Assembly (NCBI GenBank): GCA_036406675.1
Contig: DASXAO010000114.1
Location: 1,739-65,738 of the forward strand
DNA: 64,000 nucleotides
Direction of reading: 5' to 3'
Source of the DNA: Burkholderiales bacterium
Lineage (GTDB): Bacteria; Pseudomonadota; Gammaproteobacteria; Burkholderiales; SG8-39
Shown: positions 39,511-52,816 of the stretch, piece by piece
How the letters are laid out: each line of letters starts with the position of its first letter
Numbering within the stretch: the stretch's first letter is position 1
The notes under the pieces: generated by a model
What the model was told of the DNA's origin: nothing
What the model saw: the letters and a program-made list of their open reading frames with translations, nothing else
Databases searched by the model: none
Program-made: the position numbers and the translations under genes

Positions 39511-40454
39511 TAAACCACTGCGCCCTCGTGCTCGTCGCGGCTGCGCTCCTTGCGAGCGGCCTTGACGAACTGCTCGCGGCTGGCGCCGAGCCACATGAGG
39601 AGCGGGCTCGCCACCAGCACCGAGGAGTAGATGCCGAAGCAGATGCCGATGGTGAGGGCGAGCGCGAAATAGTGCAGCGCCGGGCCGCCGAACAGGAGCA
39701 TGGTGGTGACCATCATCTGGGTGCACAGGTGGGTGATGATGGTGCGCGAGATGACCCCGGTGATCGCCGAATCGATCACCTCGACGGTCGAGGCCTTGCG
39801 CATCTTGCGGAAGTTCTCCCGCACCCGGTCGAACACCACCACCGACTCGTTCACCGAGTAGCCGAGCACCGCCAGCACCGCGGCGAGCACCGGCAGCGAG
39901 AACTCCCACTGGAAGAAGGCGAAGAACCCCAGGATGATGACCACGTCGTGCAGGTTGGCGACGATCGCCGACAGGCCGAAGCGCCACTCGAAACGGATCC
40001 AGAGGTACAGGACGATGAACACCGCCGTGGTGAGCAGCGCGAGCGCGCCGTATTCGACCAGCTCCTTGCCGACCTGCGGCCCGACGAATTCGACGCGCCG
40101 CACTTCCGCGCTCGCGTCCTGCTCCTTCAGCACGCCCTGCACCTTCTGCGAGAGATCCGCGCTCGACTGGTTCTTCTCGAGGTGCAGGCGCAGCAGCACG
40201 TCGCGCGCCGAGCCGAAGTTCTGCACCTCCGCCTTGTAGCCCGCCTTGTCGAGCGCCTGGCGGATGCCCTCGATCTCCGCCGGCCGCGAGTAGGCGATCT
40301 CCATCAGGGTGCCGCCGGTGAACTCGATCGAGTAATTGAGGCCGCGGTGCACGAGGAAAAACACGGCGGCGAGAAAGGTGACGAGCGACAGCACGTTGAA
40401 TACCAGCGCGTGCCGCATGAACGGGATGGTGCGCCGGATCTTGAAGAATTCCAT
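39510..40454 (-). CDS. secF: Protein translocase subunit SecF
   Basis: 314 aa. MEFFKIRRTIPFMRHALVFN..., six TM segments, and a position directly downstream of secD. Confidence 0.95.
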   Translation of the reverse strand: MEFFKIRRTIPFMRHALVFNVLSLVTFLAAVFFLVHRGLNYSIEFTGGTLMEIAYSRPAEIEGIRQALDKAGYKAEVQNFGSARDVLLRLHLEKNQSSADLSQKVQGVLKEQDASAEVRRVEFVGPQVGKELVEYGALALLTTAVFIVLYLWIRFEWRFGLSAIVANLHDVVIILGFFAFFQWEFSLPVLAAVLAVLGYSVNESVVVFDRVRENFRKMRKASTVEVIDSAITGVISRTIITHLCTQMMVTTMLLFGGPALHYFALALTIGICFGIYSSVLVASPLLMWLGASREQFVKAARKERSRDEHEGAVV

Positions 40455-40482
40455 GCTCAGCTCCAGGCGTTTCTTGCCGGTC

Positions 40483-42318
40483 TCATTTCCAGGCCGTGTT
40501 GCCGATGGCGAGGCGCGCGAGGCGCCGGCGGTGTCCGTAGAGCAGGTTCACCATGGCGCGCGACACCATCACCGCCGAGAACATCGAGGTCAGGATGCCG
40601 AGGCAGTGCACCACCGCGAAGCCGCGCACCGCGCCCGGCACCATGAGGAGCGACAGGCCGACGATGAACGTGGTGACGTTGGAGTCGAGGATCGTGGCCC
40701 AGGCGCGCTCGTAGCCGGCCGCGATCGCGGCCTGCGGGGTGGCGCCGCCGCGCAGCTCCTCGCGGATGCGCTCGTTGATGAGCACGTTGGCGTCGATCGC
40801 CATGCCGAGGGTGAGCGCGATCGCCGCGATGCCGGGCAGCGTGAGAGTCGCCTGCAGCAGCGAGAGCAGCGCGACCAGCAGGAGCAGGTTGACGCCGAGC
40901 GCGACCGACGAGATCACTCCGAACAGCACGTAGTAGAGCGACATGAACCCCACGATGGCGATGAAGCCCCACTTCGTGGCGTTGAACCCCTTTTCGATGT
41001 TGGCGCGCCCCAGGCTCGGGCCGATGGTGCGCTCCTCGATGATCTCCATCGGCGCGGCGAGCGCGCCGGCGCGGATGAGGAGCGAGAGGTTGTTGGTTTC
41101 CACCGGGGTGAACGAGCCGGTGATCTGGAAGCGGCTGCCGAACTCCCCCTGGATGGTCGCGACCGAGATCGCCTCGCCCTTGCCCTTCTCGAACAGCACG
41201 ATGGCCATCAGGCGCTTGAGGTTCTCGCGCGTGGTGGTGCGCATGGCGCGGCCGCCCGCCTGGTCGAGCTCGACGGCCACCGCCGGGCGGTGATCCTGGT
41301 CGAAAGTGGCCTGCGCGCCGACGAACTGGTCGCCGGTCACGATCACCTGCTTCTTGGTCGGCACCTGGCCGACGCTGCCGTCGCGCCGGCGCTCGGGGAA
41401 CACATCGGTGCCGAGGGTGTTGCCGCTGCGCATCGCGTCCTCGTCGACCAGCCGCACCTCGAGCGTCGCGGTGCGGCCGAGGATCTCCTTCGCGCGCGCG
41501 ATGTCCTGCACCCCGGGAAGCTGCACCACGATGCGGTCGGCGCCCTGCTGCTGGATCACCGGCTCGGCGACGCCGAGCTCGTTGACCCGGTTGTGCAGGG
41601 TGCTGATGTTCTGCTGTACCGCGGTTTCCTGGACGCGCTTGAGGACTTCGGGGCGTAGCGTCCCGACCAGGAGCAGATCCTGGCCGTCGTCGCGCTCGGC
41701 GAGCGCGAGGTCGGGCACGCTCGCGAGGATCGCGCCGCGCGCCGCCTCGCGCGTCGCTGCATCGCGAAAGCGCACGCGGATCGCCTGGCCTTCGCGCGAC
41801 ACTCCGCCGTGGCGGATGTTCTTCTCGCGCAGCTGGCTGCGCACGTCGGCGGCGAGGTTCTCGATGCGCTTGACGCTGGCCGCGGGCATGTCGATCTGCA
41901 GGAGGAAGTGCACCCCGCCGCGCAGGTCGAGGCCGAGGTACATCGGCAGGGCGTTGATCCGGGCGAGCCAGCCCGGCGAGGCCGGAAGCAGGTTGAGCGC
42001 GACGGTGTAGGCGCCCTCGTCGGCGCCGGTGTTGAGCGCGCGCTCTACCAGGTCCTTCGCCTTGAGCTGCGTGTCGGGGTCGGCGAAGCGCACCTTTACG
42101 CCGGTCGAGTCGACCTGGGCGCCGCTGTAGTGAATGCCTTCCTTCTTGAGGATTTCTTCGACCCGTCCGAGGAGCGCCGTGTCGACCTTCACCGTCGACT
42201 TGGCGCTCGAGACCTGCACCGCCGGAGACTCGCCGAAGAAGTTCGGCACCGTGTACAAGAACGCGGTGAGCACGATCACCGCGATCAGCACGTACTTCCA
42301 GGTCGGGAAGCGGTTCAC
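40483..42318 (-). CDS. secD: Protein translocase subunit SecD
   Basis: 611 aa. MNRFPTWKYVLIAVIVL, a large periplasmic domain, and a C-terminal 5-TM bundle (TLPGIAAIALTLGMAIDANVLINERIREE). Confidence 0.95.
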   Translation of the reverse strand: MNRFPTWKYVLIAVIVLTAFLYTVPNFFGESPAVQVSSAKSTVKVDTALLGRVEEILKKEGIHYSGAQVDSTGVKVRFADPDTQLKAKDLVERALNTGADEGAYTVALNLLPASPGWLARINALPMYLGLDLRGGVHFLLQIDMPAASVKRIENLAADVRSQLREKNIRHGGVSREGQAIRVRFRDAATREAARGAILASVPDLALAERDDGQDLLLVGTLRPEVLKRVQETAVQQNISTLHNRVNELGVAEPVIQQQGADRIVVQLPGVQDIARAKEILGRTATLEVRLVDEDAMRSGNTLGTDVFPERRRDGSVGQVPTKKQVIVTGDQFVGAQATFDQDHRPAVAVELDQAGGRAMRTTTRENLKRLMAIVLFEKGKGEAISVATIQGEFGSRFQITGSFTPVETNNLSLLIRAGALAAPMEIIEERTIGPSLGRANIEKGFNATKWGFIAIVGFMSLYYVLFGVISSVALGVNLLLLVALLSLLQATLTLPGIAAIALTLGMAIDANVLINERIREELRGGATPQAAIAAGYERAWATILDSNVTTFIVGLSLLMVPGAVRGFAVVHCLGILTSMFSAVMVSRAMVNLLYGHRRRLARLAIGNTAWK

Positions 42319-42648
42319 TTACTGGAGGCTTTTCAGCGTGCCCTTTGGGAGAAGCATCTGCACCGCCGCCTTCTGCACGCTGATCTCGGTGTTGGGCGCG
42401 ATCTCGATGGTCAGGTACTGCTCGCCCATCTTGGAGATCTTGCCGACGATTCCGCCGGCCGTGACCACCTCGTCGCCCTTCTGCAGCGCCTCGATCATGG
42501 ATTTCGTTTCCTTCGCGCGCTTCATCTGCGGGCGGATCATGAGGAAGTACAGCAGCACGAACATCAGGATGATCGGCAGGAAGCCGATGAACCCCGCGTC
42601 GCCGCCGGTGGCGGCCTGGGCGTAAGCGTTCGAGATGAGCACCCGCAC
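42319..42648 (-). CDS. yajC: Preprotein translocase subunit YajC
   Basis: 109 aa. FLPIILMFVLLYFLMIRPQMKRAKE and GDEVVTAGGIVGKI are the canonical YajC blocks. Confidence 0.95.
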   Translation of the reverse strand: MRVLISNAYAQAATGGDAGFIGFLPIILMFVLLYFLMIRPQMKRAKETKSMIEALQKGDEVVTAGGIVGKISKMGEQYLTIEIAPNTEISVQKAAVQMLLPKGTLKSLQ

Positions 42649-42669
42649 TCCGAATGAAGAAACGTTGAA

Positions 42670-44753
<2,084 letters not shown>

Positions 44754-44815
44754 CCGGCGCAATTATAATTTTTCATCCCCAGCGGTCAGGCCCATGGGTG
44801 ACGTGGGGAAACCGC

Positions 44816-44902
44816 GCCGGAATGGCGGAACCGGTAGACGCAGCGGACTCAAAATCCGCCGGTGGCGACACCATGAGAGTTCGAGTCTCTCTTCCGGCAC
44901 CA
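44816..44902 (+). tRNA. tRNA-Leu (anticodon CAA), class II with long variable arm, CCA encoded
   Basis: Hand-folded cloverleaf. Acceptor GCCGGAA/TTCCGGC. Anticodon stem GCGGA/TCCGC with loop CTCAAAA. Variable arm CGGTGGCGACACCATG. T-arm GAGAG-TTCGAGT-CTCTC. Discriminator A plus CCA. Confidence 0.95.
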
Positions 44903-44980
44903 CTTCACACCGCGGGGCCGACTTCGCGGCAATAGGGCCCACTTCACGGCGTAGGGCTCACTTCAGGGCAACACGGCCTT
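44902..44980 (+). repeat. Four tandem degenerate ~20-bp units (ACTTCRNGGC...GGGCC) immediately 3' of the tRNA
   Basis: Units start at 44902, 44921, 44941 and 44960: ACTTCACACCGCGGGGCCG / ACTTCGCGGCAATAGGGCCC / ACTTCACGGCGTAGGGCTC / ACTTCAGGGCAACACGGCC. An A7 run follows. Confidence 0.7.
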
Positions 44981-45069
44981 AAAAAAAGTGTAAAAGCCGT
45001 CGATTTGCTGGACACCGGCGGGGGCGCCCGGCTACCCTTTTTCCCGAGCCAAATCAAACAACCGGGGCG

Positions 45070-46166
45070 ATGATGGGCAAGGCGCAGGTGAGGGTTTTGC
45101 CTTCGGCGCGCAACACGGTGATGGTGGTCGACGACCAGTCGACCGGCCGGGCCATCCTGGAGCAGGTGGTGCGCAGCCTGGACGAGCGCGTGGCGGTCGA
45201 GGGGTTTGCACGCCCGGTCGACGCCGTGGTGTGGGCGACGCGCCACGTTTCCGACCTGGTGCTGGTCGACTACATGATGCCCGACATGGACGGCATCGAG
45301 TTCGTGAAGCGCCTGCGCGCGCTTCCCGGCTACGAGCACGTGCCGATCGTGATGGTGACGGTGCACGACGACCGCAAGGTCCGCTATGCGGCGCTCGACG
45401 CCGGGATCACCGATTTCCTGACCAAGCCGGTCGACGCGCGCGAATGCCTGGCGCGCTGCCGCAACCTGCTCACGCTGCGCCGGCAGCAGCTCGCGCTCGA
45501 GGACCGCAGGCGGCTGCTCGAGCACATGGTGGAGGACGCCACGCGCGAGGTGCGCGAGCGCGAGAAGGAGACCCTGCTCAGGCTCGCCCGCGCGGGCGAG
45601 TTCCGCGACGAGGAGACGGGCTACCACCTGATCCGCATGGCGCGCTATTCGCGCCTCATCGCCGGCGCGGTCGGGCTGGAGCGCGACGACGCCGAGACCA
45701 TCGAGCTCGCCGCGCCGCTGCACGACATCGGCAAGATCGGCATTCCCGACCAGATCCTGCTCAAGCCGGGCAAGCTGGACGAGGCCGAGTGGGAAATCAT
45801 GCGCCGCCACCCCCTGATCGGGCACGAGATCCTCAAGGGCAGCGCCTCCAAATACGTGCGGATGGGGGCGCTGATCGCCCTGGGCCACCACGAAAGATTC
45901 GACGGCACGGGTTATCCCAACGGCCTGGTGGGGGACCATATCCCGCTGTGCGCCCGCATCGTCGCAGTCGCCGACGTCTACGATGCGCTGACCTCGCCGC
46001 GGCCCTACAAGCCGGCGTGGCCGGCGGAGCGGGCGTTCCAGTATCTCGCAGGCCAGCGCGGGCGCCACTTCGACGCGCGCCTGGTCGATGCCTTCATCAG
46101 CCTGCGCAGGGAGATCGCGGAGGTCCAGAGCCAATGGCAGGACCCGGGTCCGGCGGCGGCGAGCTC

Positions 46167-46170
<4 letters not shown>
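45070..46170 (+). CDS. rpfG: Response regulator with HD-GYP domain (RpfG-like c-di-GMP phosphodiesterase)
   Basis: 366 aa. REC domain (VMVVDDQ...LVLVDYMMPDMDG...TKP) followed by HD-GYP (APLHDIGKIGIP..., GHHERFDGTGYP). Confidence 0.88.
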
Positions 46171-48719
<2,549 letters not shown>

Positions 48720-48733
48720 CTTATTCTCGGCGG

Positions 48734-49642
48734 GTGGACAGTCGCGACGTATCCGACGCGGGGTCGTTGCCGGTCCGGCTGCGCGCGCCCGACGGCTACG
48801 AGCTCGGCGGCGCGTGGTACGCCGGTGACCTGCCCGAGGAGCCCGCCCAGGTGGCGTTACTGCATTGCGGCGCCGGAATCCCGGCGCTGAGCTACCGCCG
48901 CTTCGCGCGCTTTCTTGCGCGTCACGGTATCCCGACCCTGACCTACGACTACCGCGGAATCGGCCTGTCCCGGCCCGAGCGCCTGCGCGGTTTTTCCGCT
49001 TCGATCGAGGACTGGGCCTTCTACGACTGTGCCGGCGGGATCGCGTGGCTGCGCGATCGCTATCCGCGCGCCACGATCGTAGGCATCGCGCACTCGATCG
49101 GCGCGCTTCTCTTCGGCGGCGCGCCGAACGCAGCCGAGCAGAGCCGGCTCGTGATCATCAGCGGTCATACCGCGTATTACGGGGACTACGACGCGCGCTA
49201 CCGGCTGCCGATGACGGTGCTGTGGCACGGCGTGATGCCCGTGACCACTGCGCTCCTGGGCTATTTTCCGGCTCGCCGGCTGGGGCTCGGCGAGGACATC
49301 CCGGCAAACGTGGCGTTGCGGTGGGCAGGGCGCCGCTCCCCGGAGCTCCGGCCCAGCCGCGACGCGCCCTATTACGAGCGCTTCCAGGTGCTGCTCGATC
49401 GCTGCGCCGCCCTGCAGCGACCGGCGCTCCTGGTCTCCATCAGCGACGACGCGTTCGCCACGCCCGCCGGCATCGGCCGGCTCATGGCGTACTACCCGCG
49501 CCTGTTCCCGCGGCGGCAGCTCCAGTTCACGCCCGCGGACGCCGGCGTGGGCAGCATCGGCCATTTCGGCTTTTTCACCCGGCGCGCGGGCTCGCCGCTC
49601 TGGCCGCGCGTGCTCGCCGAGCTGAAGGCGCCGGCGCGCTGA
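48734..49642 (+). CDS. Alpha/beta-fold hydrolase
   Basis: In-frame GTG 48734 gives about 302 aa. ALLHCGAGIP (oxyanion region), the nucleophile elbow GIAHSIGA (A-H-S-I-G) and C-terminal GHFGFF are present. It sits between rpfC and the convergent rpfF. Confidence 0.75.
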   Translation: MDSRDVSDAGSLPVRLRAPDGYELGGAWYAGDLPEEPAQVALLHCGAGIPALSYRRFARFLARHGIPTLTYDYRGIGLSRPERLRGFSASIEDWAFYDCAGGIAWLRDRYPRATIVGIAHSIGALLFGGAPNAAEQSRLVIISGHTAYYGDYDARYRLPMTVLWHGVMPVTTALLGYFPARRLGLGEDIPANVALRWAGRRSPELRPSRDAPYYERFQVLLDRCAALQRPALLVSISDDAFATPAGIGRLMAYYPRLFPRRQLQFTPADAGVGSIGHFGFFTRRAGSPLWPRVLAELKAPAR

Positions 49643-49645
49643 GAC

Positions 49646-50581
49646 TCAGGCTGCGGCCTCCGCAGCCACCCGCCGCTCGTTCAGGACGATGGTCTGACCC
49701 GATTCGACGCGCCGTATCTGCGCCCGCACCAGCCGGTGCATCATCTTGAGGTCGCGCTCGGACAGGCGCATCGCCGCATCCACCCACAGGCCGACGATGC
49801 CGTCGAGCTCCTCGCGGGTGATCGGGTGAATGAACTGCCGCGCGCGGAACACCGCCTGCAGGCCGTTGCGCCGCTTCGCGTTCTTCGCGATCCAGTTGCG
49901 CACTGCGGTCTCGCCCTGGCCGTCGGTCGCGAGCACGTCGACCACGCCCATCCGGTGCAGCTCGGGTGCGCTCAGGATCCTGCCGGAAACGATCAGCTCT
50001 TCGGCGGCGCGCATGCCGATGCGCCGCGCGAGCAGGCTGCACGCGCCCATGCCCGGAAAGAGGTTGAACAGGATCTCGGGCAGGCCCATCTGCGCGCTCT
50101 CCTCGGCGACGATGACGTCGGAGGCGAGCGCGCACTCGAAGCCGCCGCCGAGCGCGTCGCCCTGGACCAGCACGATCTTGGTCAGCGTCGGGCTGAAGAA
50201 GGACTGGGTGCGCGGATAGACGTTGTCGATGCACAGTTTTGCGTACTGCGCGAGGGCCTCGCGGTCCTGCGTCTTGATGAGCATCGAGAACAGCGCGAGG
50301 TCCCCGCCGACATTGAATACGCGCGGGATGCGCGATGCGGTGACGTAGTAGTTCACGGCGTGGCGCAGGCCATCGACTTCGACCTTGCATTGGTTCGCGA
50401 CGAGCTCGCGATCGTGCGCGAGGATGTCCTTCAGCAACCCGAGGCTGTAGCAGGGCGCGCCGTCTCTCGGATTGAAGTAGCCCCACACGGTTCCGGTCGC
50501 CGGCTCGAACTCGGTCTGGTATTGCGAGTCGGCTCGTCCGTATGGAATGCAGAGGCCTACAGTGTCGCGGAGGTTGCTCAT
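49646..50581 (-). CDS. rpfF: Crotonase-fold DSF-family signal synthase (RpfF-like enoyl-CoA hydratase/thioesterase)
   Basis: ATG 50581 follows a strong SD (GGAAGGAG) and gives 311 aa. VFNVGGDLALF, GDALGGGFECALA, MGLPEILFNLFPGMGA and MMHRLVRAQIRR closely parallel Xanthomonas RpfF as I recall it. Confidence 0.8.
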   Translation of the reverse strand: MSNLRDTVGLCIPYGRADSQYQTEFEPATGTVWGYFNPRDGAPCYSLGLLKDILAHDRELVANQCKVEVDGLRHAVNYYVTASRIPRVFNVGGDLALFSMLIKTQDREALAQYAKLCIDNVYPRTQSFFSPTLTKIVLVQGDALGGGFECALASDVIVAEESAQMGLPEILFNLFPGMGACSLLARRIGMRAAEELIVSGRILSAPELHRMGVVDVLATDGQGETAVRNWIAKNAKRRNGLQAVFRARQFIHPITREELDGIVGLWVDAAMRLSERDLKMMHRLVRAQIRRVESGQTIVLNERRVAAEAAA

Positions 50582-50692
50582 CGGTTTCTCCTTCCCCAGA
50601 AAGATTGCCCCTCGGGTCGGGGGCACGTGATTCGGCCCGGAGCCGTAGATGGGAGCGGCGCTCCGGTACCTCCCGCATCCATTAAAACTAGG

Positions 50693-50708
50693 CGTGACAA
50701 ATGTCGCA
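50693..50708. promoter_or_regulatory. CRP/Clp-like half-palindrome cGTGA-N6-TCGCA in the rpfF / small-ORF divergent region
   Basis: Matches TGTGA-N6-TCACA at 8 of 10 positions. It lies about 112 nt upstream of the rpfF ATG. This is a single weak site. Confidence 0.2.
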
Positions 50709-50785
50709 ATCAGGGAGTCCCTGAGGTTCTCGTTTCCTGGCGCTGCCCCGTATTCGTGTAAATTACCTCGCAAACCCCCCTGCCC

Positions 50786-51022
50786 ATGTATGCAATAGTT
50801 TGCAAATCGGACGGATTTCCTATCTGTCGACAGCTTCCGGGTGTAACGCCGGACCCGGTGGTCACCTGGAACACCGAGGCCGCGGCCACGGCCTTCATCT
50901 CGTCGCGGGGCGCGGACGCAGAGTTCGTGCCGGTGCAGCTCACCGACGAAGCGATGGACCGCCTCGCGCGCGCGATGGGCTGCCCGGTCGAGGCGATGAC
51001 CTTCGATCCGTACCCGGCCTAG
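50786..51022 (+). CDS. Small hypothetical protein (78 aa; possibly shorter)
   Basis: MYAIVCKSDGFPICRQLPGVTPDPVVTWNTEAAATAFISSRGADAEFVPVQLTDEAMDRLARAMGCPVEAMTFDPYPA. GC3 bias is good only from about codon 20 onward. It is divergent from rpfF. Confidence 0.45.
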   Translation: MYAIVCKSDGFPICRQLPGVTPDPVVTWNTEAAATAFISSRGADAEFVPVQLTDEAMDRLARAMGCPVEAMTFDPYPA

Positions 51023-51023
51023 A

Positions 51024-51051
51024 TCAGAGCTAGAACTTCAGAGCTAGAACT
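51024..51051. repeat. Perfect tandem duplication of a 14-nt unit TCAGAGCTAGAACT
   Basis: Copies at 51024-51037 and 51038-51051. The second copy contains the last codons and stop of panC (GAGTTCTAG on the minus strand). Confidence 0.85.
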
Positions 51052-51844
51052 CGAGATTGTCGATGAGGCGCGTAGCGCCGATTCGCGCCGCGCCGAGCAC
51101 CACCAGCTCGCGCTCGCCCGCTTGTGGACCCTTCAGATCGGCGCGGCGGCGCACCTCGACGTAATCGGGCTTCCATCCCTCCGCGGCGAGCCGATGCATT
51201 GCCTGCTCGGGCGTGATTTTTTTCACGGTTACCTCGCGCAGGAGCTGGTGCAGCCGCGGCGCCTTGGAACGCTCGGCCGCCGAGAGGTAGGCGTTGCGCG
51301 AGCTCATGGCGAGGCCGTCGGGCTCGCGTACGGTCTCGCCGGCGACGATCTCGATCGCAAGATCGAGCTGGCGCACCATCTCGCGCACCACCGCGAGCTG
51401 CTGGTAATCCTTCTTGCCGAAGACTGCGGCTGCGGGCTGCACGGCGTTGAAGAGCTTCAGCACCACCGTCGACACGCCGTCGAAGAAGCCCGGCCTGAAG
51501 CGGCCCTCGAGGTCCTCGCCGAGCGGGCCGGGGTGGACGATCACCGTTTGCGCCTGGGGGTAGAGCACGTCCTCGGCGGGCGCGAAAAGAAGCTCGACGC
51601 CTTCCGCCTCGAGCAGGCGCCGGTCCTGCTCGAAGGTGCGCGGATAGCGCTCGAAATCCTCGCTCGGCGCGAACTGCAGCCGGTTCACGAAGATGCTCAC
51701 GGCGACCGCGCGTGCGTGGCGCCGGGCGAGGCGCACCAGCGAAACGTGCCCGGCGTGCAGGTTGCCCATGGTCGGCACCAATGCGAGCGGCCCGAGCGCC
51801 GCGGCGGCGGCGCGCAGCGTGGGGAGCTCGCGCACGATCTTCAT
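51044..51844 (-). CDS. panC: Pantoate--beta-alanine ligase
   Basis: 266 aa. VPTMGNLHAGHVSLV (HxGH motif) and FGKKDYQQL are present. Confidence 0.95.
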   Translation of the reverse strand: MKIVRELPTLRAAAAALGPLALVPTMGNLHAGHVSLVRLARRHARAVAVSIFVNRLQFAPSEDFERYPRTFEQDRRLLEAEGVELLFAPAEDVLYPQAQTVIVHPGPLGEDLEGRFRPGFFDGVSTVVLKLFNAVQPAAAVFGKKDYQQLAVVREMVRQLDLAIEIVAGETVREPDGLAMSSRNAYLSAAERSKAPRLHQLLREVTVKKITPEQAMHRLAAEGWKPDYVEVRRRADLKGPQAGERELVVLGAARIGATRLIDNLEF

Positions 51845-52473
51845 CCCAGGCTGAAGAACTCGCGCCGGCTGCGCATGCCGCGGATGCGCGACACCAGCAG
51901 CTCGAAGTCCGCCTCGCGCTCCACGAAGTTGAGATTGTCCGAGTTCACCGTGAGGACCGGCGCCGCGCTGTAGTGATAGAAAAAGCGCGCATAGCTTTCG
52001 GCGAGCAGCGCCAGGTATTCCTCGGAGATGCCGCGCTCGAACGCCGCGGCGCGCCGGCGCACGCGTTCGGCGAGCACCGGGGGTTGCGCCTGCAGGTAGA
52101 CCACGAGGTCGGGCGCGGGCGCCTGCGGCCGCAGCGCCTCGTAGATCTTGTGGTACAGGGCGAACTCGTCGGCCGACAGCGTGACGCGCGCGAACAGCAG
52201 GTCCTTGTCGAGCAGGAAATCCGCGACCGTCGGCCGCGCGAACAGGTCGGGCTGCTTGAGCGGCTCGACCATGCGCGCGCGCTGGAACAGGAAGAAGAGC
52301 TGCGCCGGAAGGGCGTAGCGCGCCATGTCCTGATAGAAGCGCGCGATGAACGGATTTTCCGCCGGCTGCTCGAGCAGCAGCTCCGCCGCAAACCGCGGCG
52401 CAAGGCGCCGCGCGAGGCTCGTCTTGCCGGCGCCGATCGGCCCTTCCACCACCAGGTAGCGAAACCTATCCAC
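51841..52473 (-). CDS. Deoxynucleoside kinase family protein
   Basis: 210 aa. P-loop VVEGPIGAGKTSLA, ENPF, and an ERVRRR-type lid region are present. Its stop forms an ATGA overlap with the panC start. Confidence 0.82.
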   Translation of the reverse strand: MDRFRYLVVEGPIGAGKTSLARRLAPRFAAELLLEQPAENPFIARFYQDMARYALPAQLFFLFQRARMVEPLKQPDLFARPTVADFLLDKDLLFARVTLSADEFALYHKIYEALRPQAPAPDLVVYLQAQPPVLAERVRRRAAAFERGISEEYLALLAESYARFFYHYSAAPVLTVNSDNLNFVEREADFELLVSRIRGMRSRREFFSLG

Positions 52474-52816
52474 GGAAGACGAAGTACACGGCGCCCATGA
52501 TGCACAGCGACGCCCAGAGATAGTCGAGCTTGATCGGCTGCTTCATGTAGAGGATGGCGAAGGGCACGAATACGGCGAGCGTGATCGCTTCCTGCATGAT
52601 CTTGAGCTGGGGTAGCGTGAGCGCGGTGAAGCCGATGCGGTTGGCCGGCACCTGCAGCAGGTACTCGAAAAGGGCGATGCCCCAGCTCGCGAACGCCGCC
52701 ACCCACCAGGGCCAGGTCGCGAGGTTTTTCAGGTGGGCGTACCAGGCGAAGGTCATGAACACGTTGGAGGCCACGAGCAGCGCGGCCGCGGCTACGACCG
52801 GCGAAAGCTGGATCAC
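52466..52816 (-). CDS. Small DMT-superfamily membrane protein (DUF486-like)
   Basis: SNVFMTFAWYAHLK... with 4 TM helices. GTG 52816 forms a GTGA overlap with the folK stop. The ORF-track alternative start is ATG 52846. Confidence 0.75.
   Translation of the reverse strand: MIQLSPVVAAAALLVASNVFMTFAWYAHLKNLATWPWWVAAFASWGIALFEYLLQVPANRIGFTALTLPQLKIMQEAITLAVFVPFAILYMKQPIKLDYLWASLCIMGAVYFVFRG

Noticed and set aside
49691-49705. REP-like string GGTCTGACCCGATTC inside the 3' end of rpfF, suggesting a repeat captured into coding sequence (the C-terminal extension VESGQTIVLNERR...).
   Set aside because: Only one arm is present, with a missing C and no partner arm or AAAT/ATTT flanks. It is compatible with chance in GC-rich coding DNA and cannot be supported without orthologue comparison.
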